The notes: generated by a model from the letters alone, not told the origin. A DNA stretch of 64,000 nucleotides from an uncultured delta proteobacterium (GCA_963737905.1 CAVTUQ010000039.1:64001-128000); one strand, 5' to 3'; shown: positions 20,751 through 30,726, counted from the first letter of the stretch. Translations and numbers: made by a program.

Positions 20751-23159
20751 TTAGGGTACCGAACCCGCTGCAAGCGTCTCGCTGGAAGGAAAGTCTCCGG
20801 AAGATTCCGACTCCAAGGCCAGCGCCAGTGCCTCGTCGACCGTTTTTAAGAACTCGAAACGAATACCCTCGCGTGCCGCGGTCGGAATCTCCTCCATGTC
20901 CCGTCGATTCAATTCCGGGAGCAAGACACAAGAAATTCCGGCTGTCTTGGCTGCCAGCACTTTTTCCTTAATTCCTCCTACCGGCAACACCAACCCCCGA
21001 AGACTGATTTCGCCCGTCATCGCGACATCCTTGCTGATTCGTCGGCCGGTGAGAAGTGAGACGATAGCAACAAAAAGGGTGACTCCCGCGCTGGGCCCGT
21101 CTTTAGGTATGGCGCCTGCGGGGATATGGATGTGCAAATCGTTCTTCCGGAAGATTTCAGGGTTGATGCCGAGCGTTTCGGCGCGTGATTTGACAAGACT
21201 CCACGCGGCTTGCGCGCTTTCTTTCATGACATCGCCGAGCTGACCCGTCAATTGCAACCTGCCGTCCCCGGGCATTTTAGTCGCTTCCACAAACAAGATG
21301 TCCCCACCAAAAGGGGTCCATGCCAGGCCCGTGGCTACGCCGGGTAGACTGGTGCGTAGCGCGATCTCATTGAAGAACTTTTGCGGCCCGAGATATTCCC
21401 GGATCGATTCCTTATCGATTGTCGTCTTTTCCTTGAGCCCCTCCGCCACCCTGGTCGCGACGCCCCGACAGACAGTTCCTAGCTCCCGCTCAAGTTGACG
21501 AACCCCGGCTTCACGCGTGTAGGATCGAATGATTTCGCGAATCGCATCGTCAGTAAAAGCGATGACATCGGTAGCCAGCCCATTTTCGGCAATCTGTCGA
21601 GGAATCAGATAATTTTTGGCGATCGCCAGTTTTTCCACCTCGATATAACCAGCCAATGGCAAGATTTCCATCCGATCGCGGAGAGGGGCCGGAATCGTAT
21701 CGAGCACATTCGCCGTCGCGATAAACAAGACTTGGCTCAAATCAAAAGGCACGGCAAGATAATGGTCTTGAAAAGTCGCGTTTTGCGAAGGGTCCAGGAC
21801 CTCCAGCAGCGCCGCCGATGGATCGCCGTGGAAACTGGCGCTGAGCTTATCGATTTCATCCAACATAAAGACGGGATTCTTGGTGCCCGCTTTCCGAATT
21901 CCTTGAATAATATTTCCGGGAAGGGCACCGACATAAGTGCGCCTGTGCCCCCGGATCTCTGCTTCGTCGTGGACACCGCCAAGACTCTGGCGCACGAATT
22001 TCCGGTTCATAGCCCGAGCGATGCTTTGCCCGAGGGACGTCTTGCCCACTCCGGGAGGACCGACAAAACACAAGATTGGGCTCTTCCCATGGGGCACGAG
22101 TTTACGAACTGCCAGAAATTCAACGATTCGCTTTTTTACTTTTTCCAAATCGTAATGATCCGCATCGAGAATTTCACGCGCTTTCGGAAGATCAATTTGT
22201 TCCTCGCTGGAAAGGCTCCAGGGAAGCTCCACCATCCAATCGAGATAAGTCCGTAGAGCTGAATATTCTGCGGCAATTTCGGGAATCCGCTCGAACCGAG
22301 TGAGCTCCCTGAGTACTTCCTTTTCCACCTCGGGCGGCATTTTTGCATCGTAGATTTTCTTACGCAGATCCTCGACTTCCTGGCTCTGGCCGTCTTCTTC
22401 GCCCAGCTCCTTTTGTATGGCCTTTAGCTGCTCGCGAAGGAAATACTGGCGTTGTGTCCGGTCCATCGATTCTTTAGTTTGCTCACCAATCTTTTTGCTC
22501 AGTTCCAGCAGCTCGATCTGATGCGCGAGCTTTTGTGAAACTTTTTCCGCGCGGGCGGCGGGGTCCAGAATCTCTAGAAGCTCCTGCTTCTCGGGAAGCG
22601 AGAAGTCCAATGTCGACGCGATCATGTCAATCAGCGACAAAGGATTTTCGATCCTTTCGATGGTGGTTTTTATTTCGTTCATCGGCTCAGGCAATAAGCT
22701 TAAAGCCTTCACGGCTTCCTGGCGCAGGTGCAAAATTCTCGCTTCGAATTGCTTCGATTGAGGTATCTTTTCTTCAATCAACGTCACGCGAGCTATAAAA
22801 AACGGATCCGTCTCGAGAAATTCGGCGATTTCAAAACGTTGGCGGCCCTGAATGATAATCTGGCGCTGGCCGTCAGGCAGACCGAACATGCGCAGTACAT
22901 CGGCGGAGGTGCCCACTCGAAACAGATCTTTCGAATGGGGTGCCTCTATCGCGGGATCTCGCTGGGCAATGAACCCCACAGAGAATTGTTGGCGGACCGC
23001 TTCCTCTATCGCTCGGACGCTAGCGGGGCGTCCAACCACCAGGGGCATAACCGTGGCGGGAAAGAGCACCGTGTTGCGCAGCGGCAGAATGACCAAGGCC
23101 CCGGCAGGAATAGTAAGGCGAGGTTTTGACTTAGGGGCTTCCTTCTCTTCTGCAGTCAT
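20751..23159 (-). CDS. lon: ATP-dependent protease La (LonA)
   Basis: LON N-domain LPLRNTVLFP, GPPGVGKT, PKDGPSAG catalytic Ser, GGIKEK Lys. Confidence 0.97.
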   Translation of the reverse strand: MTAEEKEAPKSKPRLTIPAGALVILPLRNTVLFPATVMPLVVGRPASVRAIEEAVRQQFSVGFIAQRDPAIEAPHSKDLFRVGTSADVLRMFGLPDGQRQIIIQGRQRFEIAEFLETDPFFIARVTLIEEKIPQSKQFEARILHLRQEAVKALSLLPEPMNEIKTTIERIENPLSLIDMIASTLDFSLPEKQELLEILDPAARAEKVSQKLAHQIELLELSKKIGEQTKESMDRTQRQYFLREQLKAIQKELGEEDGQSQEVEDLRKKIYDAKMPPEVEKEVLRELTRFERIPEIAAEYSALRTYLDWMVELPWSLSSEEQIDLPKAREILDADHYDLEKVKKRIVEFLAVRKLVPHGKSPILCFVGPPGVGKTSLGQSIARAMNRKFVRQSLGGVHDEAEIRGHRRTYVGALPGNIIQGIRKAGTKNPVFMLDEIDKLSASFHGDPSAALLEVLDPSQNATFQDHYLAVPFDLSQVLFIATANVLDTIPAPLRDRMEILPLAGYIEVEKLAIAKNYLIPRQIAENGLATDVIAFTDDAIREIIRSYTREAGVRQLERELGTVCRGVATRVAEGLKEKTTIDKESIREYLGPQKFFNEIALRTSLPGVATGLAWTPFGGDILFVEATKMPGDGRLQLTGQLGDVMKESAQAAWSLVKSRAETLGINPEIFRKNDLHIHIPAGAIPKDGPSAGVTLFVAIVSLLTGRRISKDVAMTGEISLRGLVLPVGGIKEKVLAAKTAGISCVLLPELNRRDMEEIPTAAREGIRFEFLKTVDEALALALESESSGDFPSSETLAAGSVP

Positions 23160-23587
23160 GAAAGTTTCCTCAACTCGATGATGAGCAGTCCGTCCTGAAG
23201 CGAAACTTCTCCGAGCGCTAAGGAGTGTCTTCCCTCGATCAGAGCCAGGCGCCGTTCGAAACGTCCAAGCGGGATCTCCCAGATCTTTAGTTCCCCGTCA
23301 TTGCAGCATTTCGGCAGGGGCCGTTCGCCGGCGATCACGAGTTCGCGTCCCTCCAACCGCACGTTCATACGATCAGCCGTGACTCCGGGTAGAGCTGAGA
23401 TCACCCACAAGCTTTCATCGGTCTCGACGACGTTTACAGGCGGTTCCCAAGCGGGGCTTCTGCCGTGAGAAGAACGATACTGAACACCCGCAGCAATTTG
23501 CAAAAAATTCCTGTGGATTCGCTCCACTTGTTGAAGCAGGTCATTGGCTCGGTGCCACATCACAATATCCCAATGCCGGGACGCCAT
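23156..23587 (-). CDS. Hsp20/alpha-crystallin small heat-shock protein
   Basis: WEPPVNVVET, LPGV, EIPLGRFER, DGLLIIEL; ATGA overlap with lon. Confidence 0.88.
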   Translation of the reverse strand: MASRHWDIVMWHRANDLLQQVERIHRNFLQIAAGVQYRSSHGRSPAWEPPVNVVETDESLWVISALPGVTADRMNVRLEGRELVIAGERPLPKCCNDGELKIWEIPLGRFERRLALIEGRHSLALGEVSLQDGLLIIELRKLS

Positions 23588-23643
23588 ATCAATCAACCCT
23601 CAAGTCAAGAATAAAGTAATTCTCTATCAGACACTCATTCAAA

Positions 23644-23672
23644 AGCCTAGGATTCGAGAGCCGCGTTGTCAA
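23644..23672 (-). promoter_or_regulatory. Sigma70-type promoter for hsp20-lon
   Basis: Minus strand TTGACA-17 nt-TAGGCT. Confidence 0.55.
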
Positions 23673-23892
23673 GAAAGTGAACCCAAAGAGTGACAAAAAT
23701 GTCAGCCTGTCAACGCCATGGCAATCCGGGTGACAGCCGCGATTTGTACAATTCCAAATTTTCCCCAAATGACCGTATGGCGTGAGAGCGGGTGTGGGTG
23801 GCTTGATTCTTGCCCTCTAAGTTTAAGGCTTGGGTTGGTGACGCTCAAAAACTGGCCCCAGCCCCACGAAAGAACGAAGCCGACCCAGAAAA

Positions 23893-24129
23893 ATGATTTA
23901 CCTAGCTACTTACCATAAAAAAAGTGAGTTTCGGCCACTCTGCCAGAAGTCTAGAAGGCTGATCTTTATCGAAGCCGAAGCTAGGCTAGCCCTCGATAAG
24001 GTTATAGCACTGGTTAGAAACCTTACAGAAGGCAACTTCGAAGAATCAAGCGTTGAGATCATTGGTCAAAAGGCCTGGGACGCCGCAAAGATAAAGCATC
24101 CGCGAATCAAATTCTACAAACTGGATTGA
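23893..24129 (+). CDS. Hypothetical protein, 78 aa
   Basis: Isolated ORF with protein-like amphipathic pattern; no recognised motif. Confidence 0.5.
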   Translation: MIYLATYHKKSEFRPLCQKSRRLIFIEAEARLALDKVIALVRNLTEGNFEESSVEIIGQKAWDAAKIKHPRIKFYKLD

Positions 24130-24185
24130 AAAAGAGCAGGAGTGACGAATGTCCTTGGAGGAGAGCCCTGCATCGAAAAAAAATC

Positions 24186-24214
24186 TTGACAGCGACTTAT
24201 AAACGACCGATAAT
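24186..24214 (+). promoter_or_regulatory. Sigma70-type promoter
   Basis: TTGACA-17 nt-GATAAT; next ORF starts about 330 nt downstream. Confidence 0.55.
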
Positions 24215-24544
24215 TTGTGTCCATAACTCTCCCATCGGTGACACGACAGCGAGCCTACAGGAAACTCCTACCCGTTAGGAAAGGCGAGTTAGCTCTCAAT
24301 TGTTTGCAGGTGTCAATAAAACGTCACCGAATGTCAAGAAAAAAATCATTCAAAAGCTCATTTGTTCCTTTCAGGAACCTATGGATCTAAGTTGAGTCAA
24401 CGCTTCGTTGGATCGACGTATTTGGCTTATGAACGATTGCGCACCGCCCATCCAAACACAAACATTCGAGCAGATTTTGGATCTATAGCCTTTTGAATTG
24501 CGCCCCTCACAGCGGGCGACACGGGAGGATAATCAAGAAGGTCT

Positions 24545-24934
24545 ATGAATGCCATGATTGTGGAAAACATAATAAGCTGGTTTCTGTTCGCTCTGGCCTC
24601 TACGTGCACCTTATCATTTGCATCTACCGTTTATGATAACTTTCTCAGCTGGAAACGACGGGAGCGCGACAGAAAGGCAACAACGAGGATTGTCTCTCTT
24701 GCAGATTCAAAGCCGAGCCCGCTCCTGATGGAACATTCGTTGCCCCGTGGCTATGATAGTCCCGAACTCTTCCGCGAGGATCTATGGATTCGAAGGATAG
24801 AGCATAGCCGTCGGGAACATGCCGCGATGGCGGCGTCACTCCCACAAGTGAAAGCGGGTCTCGGAGCTTCTGAAGACTATTCCAGGCGACTCTGTGAGAT
24901 GCTGGCTCACCACGCAAGGACCCGGCCCCGATAA
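24545..24934 (+). CDS. Hypothetical protein with N-terminal membrane anchor
   Basis: Hydrophobic N-terminus followed by basic KRRERDRK and helical tail. Confidence 0.55.
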   Translation: MNAMIVENIISWFLFALASTCTLSFASTVYDNFLSWKRRERDRKATTRIVSLADSKPSPLLMEHSLPRGYDSPELFREDLWIRRIEHSRREHAAMAASLPQVKAGLGASEDYSRRLCEMLAHHARTRPR

Positions 24935-25267
24935 TCGTTTGGTTGTTATTCGTAAGTGATTATTCTTTGCGGGTGACCCCACCCGTGACCTCCACACTCC
25001 GCCTTCATTTTAGCTAGCAAAGCACCGTCAGCGCGTTCTTTTTTCCTGACGTCATTCATGTTTCCCGGGTAATGAGAAGCTAAGCCCTCGGGCGATTATC
25101 CTCGCACACCAATTCCCATTGCAGCAAACTCTCGGATATGAAAATCTCAGGAAGCTTAAGATCGAGCCTAGTTTTTGATGCCCTTTCTGCTTCCGGATTA
25201 TGCCTTTCATTTCGACTCTTCGATAATATTGGGTGTGTTCTAAAGCCGACATTGTAAGGAGGCCAAC

Positions 25268-26341
25268 ATGTCTGTCGATTTTGTCACCAACCAGGAGATC
25301 ATCCTCGCAGCGCGCCGAAATCTCACGCAAAACGTGTGGAACTACCTTTGTGGTGGGGCCGAGTCTGAAACAACGATGCGTCGGAACCGCTTTGGGCTAG
25401 ATAGCTTGGCCTTTCGGCCACGGGTCCTTGTCGACGTTTCCAAGATCGATACCTCGACGACCTTCCTTGGACACAGACTGAGAGTTCCGGTTATGTTGGC
25501 GCCGATCGGATCACTGCAAGTGATTACGCCGGAGGGTGGAGTGGCCGTCGCCAGGGCGGCTGAAGAGTTTGGGACAATCAACTTCGTCAGTTCCGTGACT
25601 CAACCGAGCCTAGAGGAAATCGCGGCTGCCGGCCGCAGTCCCAAGGTCTTTCAGCTCTACGTGCAGGGTGACTTGAAGTGGATCGAGAACCTCCTCCTTC
25701 GCGTTAGCAAGGCTGGTTATGCAGCGCTCTGCCTAACCGTGGATACCGCACACTATGGTCACCGCGAGCGTCAAATGATGGATCGTTGGTTGCCGCCGAG
25801 TCGGCGCGGCTCAGGTTATGAGTATCGCGCCGCCCTCACGTGGGAGACCCTGGATGCGATTAAAGAAATGGCAAATCTGCCGTTCATTTTGAAGGGTATA
25901 GCAACAGCCGAAGACGCAGCCATCGCAGTCCAACACGGCGTCAACACAATCTATGTCTCCAATCATGGGGGACGCCAACTGGACCACGGGAAAGCGACAA
26001 TCGAGATGCTGCCAGAGATTGTGCAGGCGGTTGACGGTAAAGCGCAGATCGTGCTGGACGGCGGCATCATGCGCGGCAGCGATGTTCTAAAGGCCATTGC
26101 TTTGGGTGCAACGGCTGTGAGCATCGGCAAGCTCCAGGGCTGGGGATTAGCGGCGGCCGGTCAAGCGGGTCTGGTCCGTGTTCTTGAATTACTAGAGAGC
26201 GAGATTACCACGACCATGGGACTCCTCGGCGTCACCCGTCTCAATCAACTTACTTCCATTCATTTGTGTAAGGTGCAACCCTTGGGGCCAACTCATGAAA
26301 TGAGTGCGTTTATCCATATGCCGGGTGGGCAACTCCTATAA
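25268..26341 (+). CDS. FMN-dependent alpha-hydroxy-acid oxidase/dehydrogenase
   Basis: FRPRVL, FQLY, TVDT, ILKG, SNHGGRQLD, DGGIMRGSD. Confidence 0.93.
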   Translation: MSVDFVTNQEIILAARRNLTQNVWNYLCGGAESETTMRRNRFGLDSLAFRPRVLVDVSKIDTSTTFLGHRLRVPVMLAPIGSLQVITPEGGVAVARAAEEFGTINFVSSVTQPSLEEIAAAGRSPKVFQLYVQGDLKWIENLLLRVSKAGYAALCLTVDTAHYGHRERQMMDRWLPPSRRGSGYEYRAALTWETLDAIKEMANLPFILKGIATAEDAAIAVQHGVNTIYVSNHGGRQLDHGKATIEMLPEIVQAVDGKAQIVLDGGIMRGSDVLKAIALGATAVSIGKLQGWGLAAAGQAGLVRVLELLESEITTTMGLLGVTRLNQLTSIHLCKVQPLGPTHEMSAFIHMPGGQLL

Positions 26342-26509
26342 TGCTCGGAGCCTATTCCATCGAACCTTTTACGGAATAAAATCTCTTGACACATGTCCCA
26401 CCCGTTTACTATATGCGATTACATCAGCAGCAAAGTAAGTCTTTCCGAGAACGAAACTTGCTGCGAGTTGAGGGAAGACATCCGAGCAGGCCGTTCACTG
26501 CAGGGGATT

Positions 26510-26743
26510 ATGATGGGGTTTCGAATTCTTTTTGATGAAGACAAGCTGAAACAGGGAATCTACCAACAAGAAGACGACCTTCTCTCACAAAGCAACGGCG
26601 TGGGGTGGCCGAAGGGCACCTGGTTTCAGAAACGTCTCCGCCAAGTCAGACAACAGCAACGAAGAAAACTCGCGGAAACCGACTTCGTATACGAATGCGC
26701 CTTGGGTACGATTATCGTTCGACAATCGAACGGCAGGGACTAG
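26510..26743 (+). CDS. Hypothetical small protein (77 aa) with WPxxTWFxxRL motif
   Basis: Part of ORF 26393..26743; ATG 26510 preceded by AGGGG; motif shared with 30727..30918. Confidence 0.55.
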   Translation: MMGFRILFDEDKLKQGIYQQEDDLLSQSNGVGWPKGTWFQKRLRQVRQQQRRKLAETDFVYECALGTIIVRQSNGRD

Positions 26744-27150
26744 ACTAACCCGAATTTCCAGCTCTCAAGCCACAACGATTTCAATGTAACGATGAAGGTC
26801 ATCGGCGGATAGACCCGTGAGCCGAGCCTAGATCCTGGAAAAATTTTTCGCAGACCCGGTTCCCGACCTGCAGCGCGTTTCCGACGTCCAGGAAGCCTCG
26901 GCGCGCGCCGTGGAGGGCGATGCAAGCTCTGGGTCCGTCGCTTCCGAAAGTCGATCCAAAAACTCTTTTACGAAGGCTCAGAGTCTGAAGGTTTCTTGGA
27001 CAAAACTAAGCTCCGCTAACCTTTGCGTGCCACGCAATGGCCCGTAATTGCGAGTTGCCGGGTTGAACAACTATGTCCAACGTGGGCCTAACTACGGTTG
27101 ACAGACCACTGAAAACTGCCTTTTTTGTAGCTAATTTGCATCGGTCCTAA

Positions 27151-27167
27151 TCGGCATGTCCCTTGCG
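27151..27167 (+). promoter_or_regulatory. Sigma54 (-24/-12) promoter
   Basis: TCGGCATGTCCCTTGCG = GG-N10-GC with TTGC, 37 nt before ATG 27204. Confidence 0.65.
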
Positions 27168-27203
27168 TCCCCGGAAGTTTTACGCCAATCAAGGAGGATT
27201 GCC

Positions 27204-28001
27204 ATGACGAGAATGGTATCTAGGTGCTTGTTACTCTTCTTCTTGGTTTTGGGATGCACGTTGAAAAAAGAAGAGGCTCAGGCGCCAAAGGTTCCGGAGC
27301 CGACGCCCGCTCCGATCTCATCGACTCCTGTGGAGCCCCAAGCAAGCCCAGTAGCAACGCCCGCAAACCCAACGTTCACCAAAGAGGACATCCGGATGTT
27401 GCAAGCGCGACTGAAAGCGGCCGGCTTTTACGTGGGACCCATCGATGGGATACCCGGGCCGAAGACCAGATCCGGGATCCTTCGGCTGCAAGCAGCATGC
27501 GGGAGCCTCAAGGACCTGTTAGAAAATTCTGCGGCGGGAAATCAAACAGGGAAACTGGATAGTACGGGCAATAGTCGAAAGAGCGAAGACATCCGTCTGA
27601 TCCAAGTACGACTGAAGGATGCCGGTTTCGACCCGGGTCCGATCGATGGGGTTTCGGGATCTAAAACGACAGCGGCGATTCTACGCTTTGAAGCGGGCTG
27701 CACGATGCTTAAAAATTTGCCGCCGCATTTGGATGAGGCACCTCAAACCGCCGACAAAGCAATATCTCTCACTCGGGCGGAGATGCGCTATCCGACCGCA
27801 GCAAAATCGATCGGATTTGGCTCCGATACGGTGAGTGCGAGTGGAAATCAAACTCTCAGCAGCGAAAAGATTCGGCAAGAACAATTGCGCTTGAGGGACG
27901 CGGGCTTTGACCCGGGTCCGATCGACGGGATTCTAGGACCTAAAACCAAAGCAGCCATGCAGCGATATCAAAAGTCGCTCGCACTGAAAAATCCACGCTA
28001 A
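27204..28001 (+). CDS. Lipoprotein with three peptidoglycan-binding (PG_binding_1-like) repeats
   Basis: AAGGAGG RBS, lipobox VLGC, Pro-rich linker, three QxRLxxAGF(D/Y)xGPIDGxxGxKT repeats. Confidence 0.85.
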   Translation: MTRMVSRCLLLFFLVLGCTLKKEEAQAPKVPEPTPAPISSTPVEPQASPVATPANPTFTKEDIRMLQARLKAAGFYVGPIDGIPGPKTRSGILRLQAACGSLKDLLENSAAGNQTGKLDSTGNSRKSEDIRLIQVRLKDAGFDPGPIDGVSGSKTTAAILRFEAGCTMLKNLPPHLDEAPQTADKAISLTRAEMRYPTAAKSIGFGSDTVSASGNQTLSSEKIRQEQLRLRDAGFDPGPIDGILGPKTKAAMQRYQKSLALKNPR

Positions 28002-28027
28002 CTATCGACACACCGGCTCCCGAGCCT

Positions 28028-28153
28028 CTACATGGCCAGGCTTAGGAAGTAGGAACGATCGATGAAAACTACGATGCGCATGAGCGCGTAAAGCATCGCC
28101 ATGTATCCACAAAGAAGCCCGGCGATCGTCATCGAGACAAACAGCCTATACAT
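28028..28153 (-). CDS. 41-aa hydrophobic small protein (not in ORF track)
   Basis: GGAGGA RBS then MYRLFVSMTIAGLLCGYMAMLYALMRIVVFIDRSYFLSLAM*; sigma54 motif upstream. Confidence 0.65.
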   Translation of the reverse strand: MYRLFVSMTIAGLLCGYMAMLYALMRIVVFIDRSYFLSLAM

Positions 28154-28198
28154 ATGAAGTTCCTCCGTTTGGTTGCTCAGGTATCGCTAAACTACAAG

Positions 28199-28215
28199 CG
28201 CAAGCTTGATGCCAA
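28199..28215 (-). promoter_or_regulatory. Sigma54 (-24/-12) promoter
   Basis: Minus strand TTGGCATCAAGCTTGCG, near-consensus GG-N10-GC. Confidence 0.7.
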
Positions 28216-28399
28216 GTGACTTTGCTACCTGGGACCTATAACAACCCTGCGGAATAGAAATGGAATTTTAGGAACGCCAGCTTGGCACAAGCTCAGAGGC
28301 AGAAGCGGAAGTCAACTTTATGATACAGGGGAGTATCCGAAATGACTCAGTCACAGTGGAGACAGTCTGGGACGGCCTGTCACACCTTACCCCAACTAA

Positions 28400-30079
28400 T
28401 CACCTGGCTACGGTGGTTTTGCGGCGACCGATAGCGGCTTCGGCTCGGGGACTGATTGCCCGCTGAACGGCGACGTTTAACAGCGCCGGCTGTCCAGAAG
28501 CGAAGGCACGCTGCAATGCTGGTTCCAGATCTTCAGCATGCTCCACAAACTCTCCGTACCCACCGAGTCCTTGAACCACCCGTTCGTAGCGCGTTTGCAG
28601 TAACTCGGTAGCGACAGGCCGGCCGTATAAACCTAGCTGGATTTGCCGGTCGATGCCCCAAGCGGAATCGTTACCTAATATCGCCACGATGTTGAGTCTG
28701 TGACGCACCGCCGTATCGAATTCCATTCCATTGAAACCAAAGGCTCCATCGCCGGTCAGCATGATCACCCGTGAGTCAGGGTAAGCTACTTTCGCAGCCA
28801 GCGCTGTGGGGAGCGACGATCCCAACATCCCTAGACTAGAAACGTAAAACCAACGCTTGGGCTTGATAGCGGGCAACAAAGACCGGGCGAAATGGCAAAA
28901 GTCTCCACCATCAAACACCAGGCAGTCGTCGGGACGCAGGATAGACTTGATGGTCTTGTGGACGAAGAGGGCATGCATCGGTGTCTCGGATCGAGCCAGA
29001 TTTTCTGCCCAGACCGACTGCCCAGCACTCACCTCGCGCAATTCATCCAGCCACGGAAGGTCCTTCCATGTGAAGCTGGCCGCTTCCTTCGTCATCTGAT
29101 CCAAAACACTGGTGACATCACCCACCATGCCCACGGCAACTCCTCGATTGCGGCCGATCTCCAAGGCCGAAGGATCGATTTGGACGATCTTAGCCGCCGC
29201 CGCTATGTGAGGCGGACGACAAAAACCAATGGTGAAGTCTTGCTTGCGCCCCAGAAGCAAAACAACGTCGGCCTCGCGAACCTTGGCGGCTGCTCGATTC
29301 AAGCCGCGCTCGAAAAATCCAAAGACATACGTGTGATCGTCAGATACCAAGCCCCGCGATTGCTCTTCCGTCAGCAACGGTAGATGGGTGGTTTCGATGA
29401 AGCGTTGGAGGGCCTCACCGGAAAGCGTATAACCGGCGGCGCTGCCAGCGATGATCAGAGGTTTCTTTGCCTGGTGCAGAAGCTCGATCGCCCGCCGCAC
29501 ACTTTCCGGATGGGCGAGCATCGACTCCTTCGCGCGGTATTCACCCGGTTCATGCAACACCACCTGCTCTTCGTCTAAGCTCTCTTCTTGTAGGTTGATG
29601 GGGATCGTCAAGTGAACCGGCCCGCGCCGGCCACTGAAAGCCAGGCGCATTGCCCGTCGGATAAATTCTGGAATCCTTCGCGCATCATCGACTAGAAACG
29701 AACCCTTGGTCATCGGCGCAGCCATATGCACCTGGTCGATCTCCTGCTGGCCCCCACGTCCCAAGTCATGGAGGTCGGCGCAGCCGGCAATGGAAATGAC
29801 GGGGCTTTCACTGTGCATGGCATTGGTCAGGCCGGGAATTGCATTGGCAAAGCCCGGAGTAGTGTACATGCAAATGCCGGGCTGTTCCGTGATGCGACCC
29901 CACGCGTCCGCCATATGGACCGCCGCCTGTTCGTGACGGGTATCGATGATGCGGAAGTTCTGATCCGCCATACTGTCTAACACCGGCAGAATATGATCGC
30001 CGGCCAAGGCAAAAATATTGGCCACCCCTTCGAGTTTGAGCGCTCTGCAGATTAGCTCAGCTCCAGTGATTCGACCCAT
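28400..30079 (-). CDS. ThDP-dependent enzyme, acetolactate synthase/2-hydroxyacyl-CoA lyase-like
   Basis: RHEQAAVHMADAWGR, GRRGPVHL, DGGDF, GDGAFGF...ND. Confidence 0.9.
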   Translation of the reverse strand: MGRITGAELICRALKLEGVANIFALAGDHILPVLDSMADQNFRIIDTRHEQAAVHMADAWGRITEQPGICMYTTPGFANAIPGLTNAMHSESPVISIAGCADLHDLGRGGQQEIDQVHMAAPMTKGSFLVDDARRIPEFIRRAMRLAFSGRRGPVHLTIPINLQEESLDEEQVVLHEPGEYRAKESMLAHPESVRRAIELLHQAKKPLIIAGSAAGYTLSGEALQRFIETTHLPLLTEEQSRGLVSDDHTYVFGFFERGLNRAAAKVREADVVLLLGRKQDFTIGFCRPPHIAAAAKIVQIDPSALEIGRNRGVAVGMVGDVTSVLDQMTKEAASFTWKDLPWLDELREVSAGQSVWAENLARSETPMHALFVHKTIKSILRPDDCLVFDGGDFCHFARSLLPAIKPKRWFYVSSLGMLGSSLPTALAAKVAYPDSRVIMLTGDGAFGFNGMEFDTAVRHRLNIVAILGNDSAWGIDRQIQLGLYGRPVATELLQTRYERVVQGLGGYGEFVEHAEDLEPALQRAFASGQPALLNVAVQRAISPRAEAAIGRRKTTVAR

Positions 30080-30726
30080 TATCGCTCCTTTAGGTTTGCC
30101 GACGAAAAACTTTCCTTCTTATGTGCAATTGCTTCATCCTCTGTATCATACAATTGCGTAAAGACAGTCAAGCGTTTCCGGGGGTCATAATCACCATCGT
30201 GCGAACAGTCACAGAGCGAGCCTGTAGAGGGCACACGGCGAAACCGGTCAAAAAATCAATGCGGGGGAAAACATTCAATTAAAAGTGCAGGTCATCGCCT
30301 CATGCCGCGCGCGGCTTAATTCGAATCGCGACGGGGCATTTATGGACGCAGCGCGGTGGGCCCTACGACTGCCGAAGATCAAACTATTGCAGTAGAAAAG
30401 TTAAACAGTTTTTTTAGTCGCGCCGGAAGTATTGGTCAAAGGCCCACGACGCTAATACAAAACCAAAGAAGTAACCAACGAATTGTGTGAGTCCGGGCAC
30501 AGATTTCAGCATGTACCAGAAAGTCGCTAACAGCACTATGCCATACGTACCCATGGGCCATTCACGCAACCGTCAGCAAACCAGAGCTGCTATCGGACTG
30601 TTCTTGCTCGGGACGAGTAACTGAGGGGACCATTTTTTAACCGTGGGTGGCGGGCGCCTTAACGATCAAGCCGTTGGTCCTGCGCGCAGAAACTTGAAAA
30701 AGCTTTACCCGCAGGGTCGCGCTTGA

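Noticed and set aside
24545-24934. Third member of the WPxxTWF family (REDLWIRRIEHSRR)
   Set aside because: Only a loose W..R[IL]...R resemblance; WP and TWF are absent.
26744-27020. Possible frameshifted small gene on the minus strand (fragments FVKEFLDRLSEATDPEL and GFLDVGNALQVGNRVCEKFFQDL)
   Set aside because: Needs two unsupported frameshifts and has no recognisable homology.
27036-27052. TGGCCCGTAATTGC as a sigma54 promoter
   Set aside because: Spacing is GG-N9-GC, one base short.
27390-27960. Repeated GACCCGGGTCCGATCGA/GGACCCATCGA segments as CRISPR or mobile repeats
   Set aside because: They encode the GPIDG motif of the peptidoglycan-binding repeats; no spacer regularity and no cas genes.
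28282-28298. TTGGCACAAGCTCAGA as a + strand sigma54 promoter
   Set aside because: No GC at -12 and no downstream + strand gene.
30335-30380. c-di-GMP-I riboswitch
   Set aside because: Lacks the GGCAAA...GAAA P2 element and GCAAAG core; only scattered words match.
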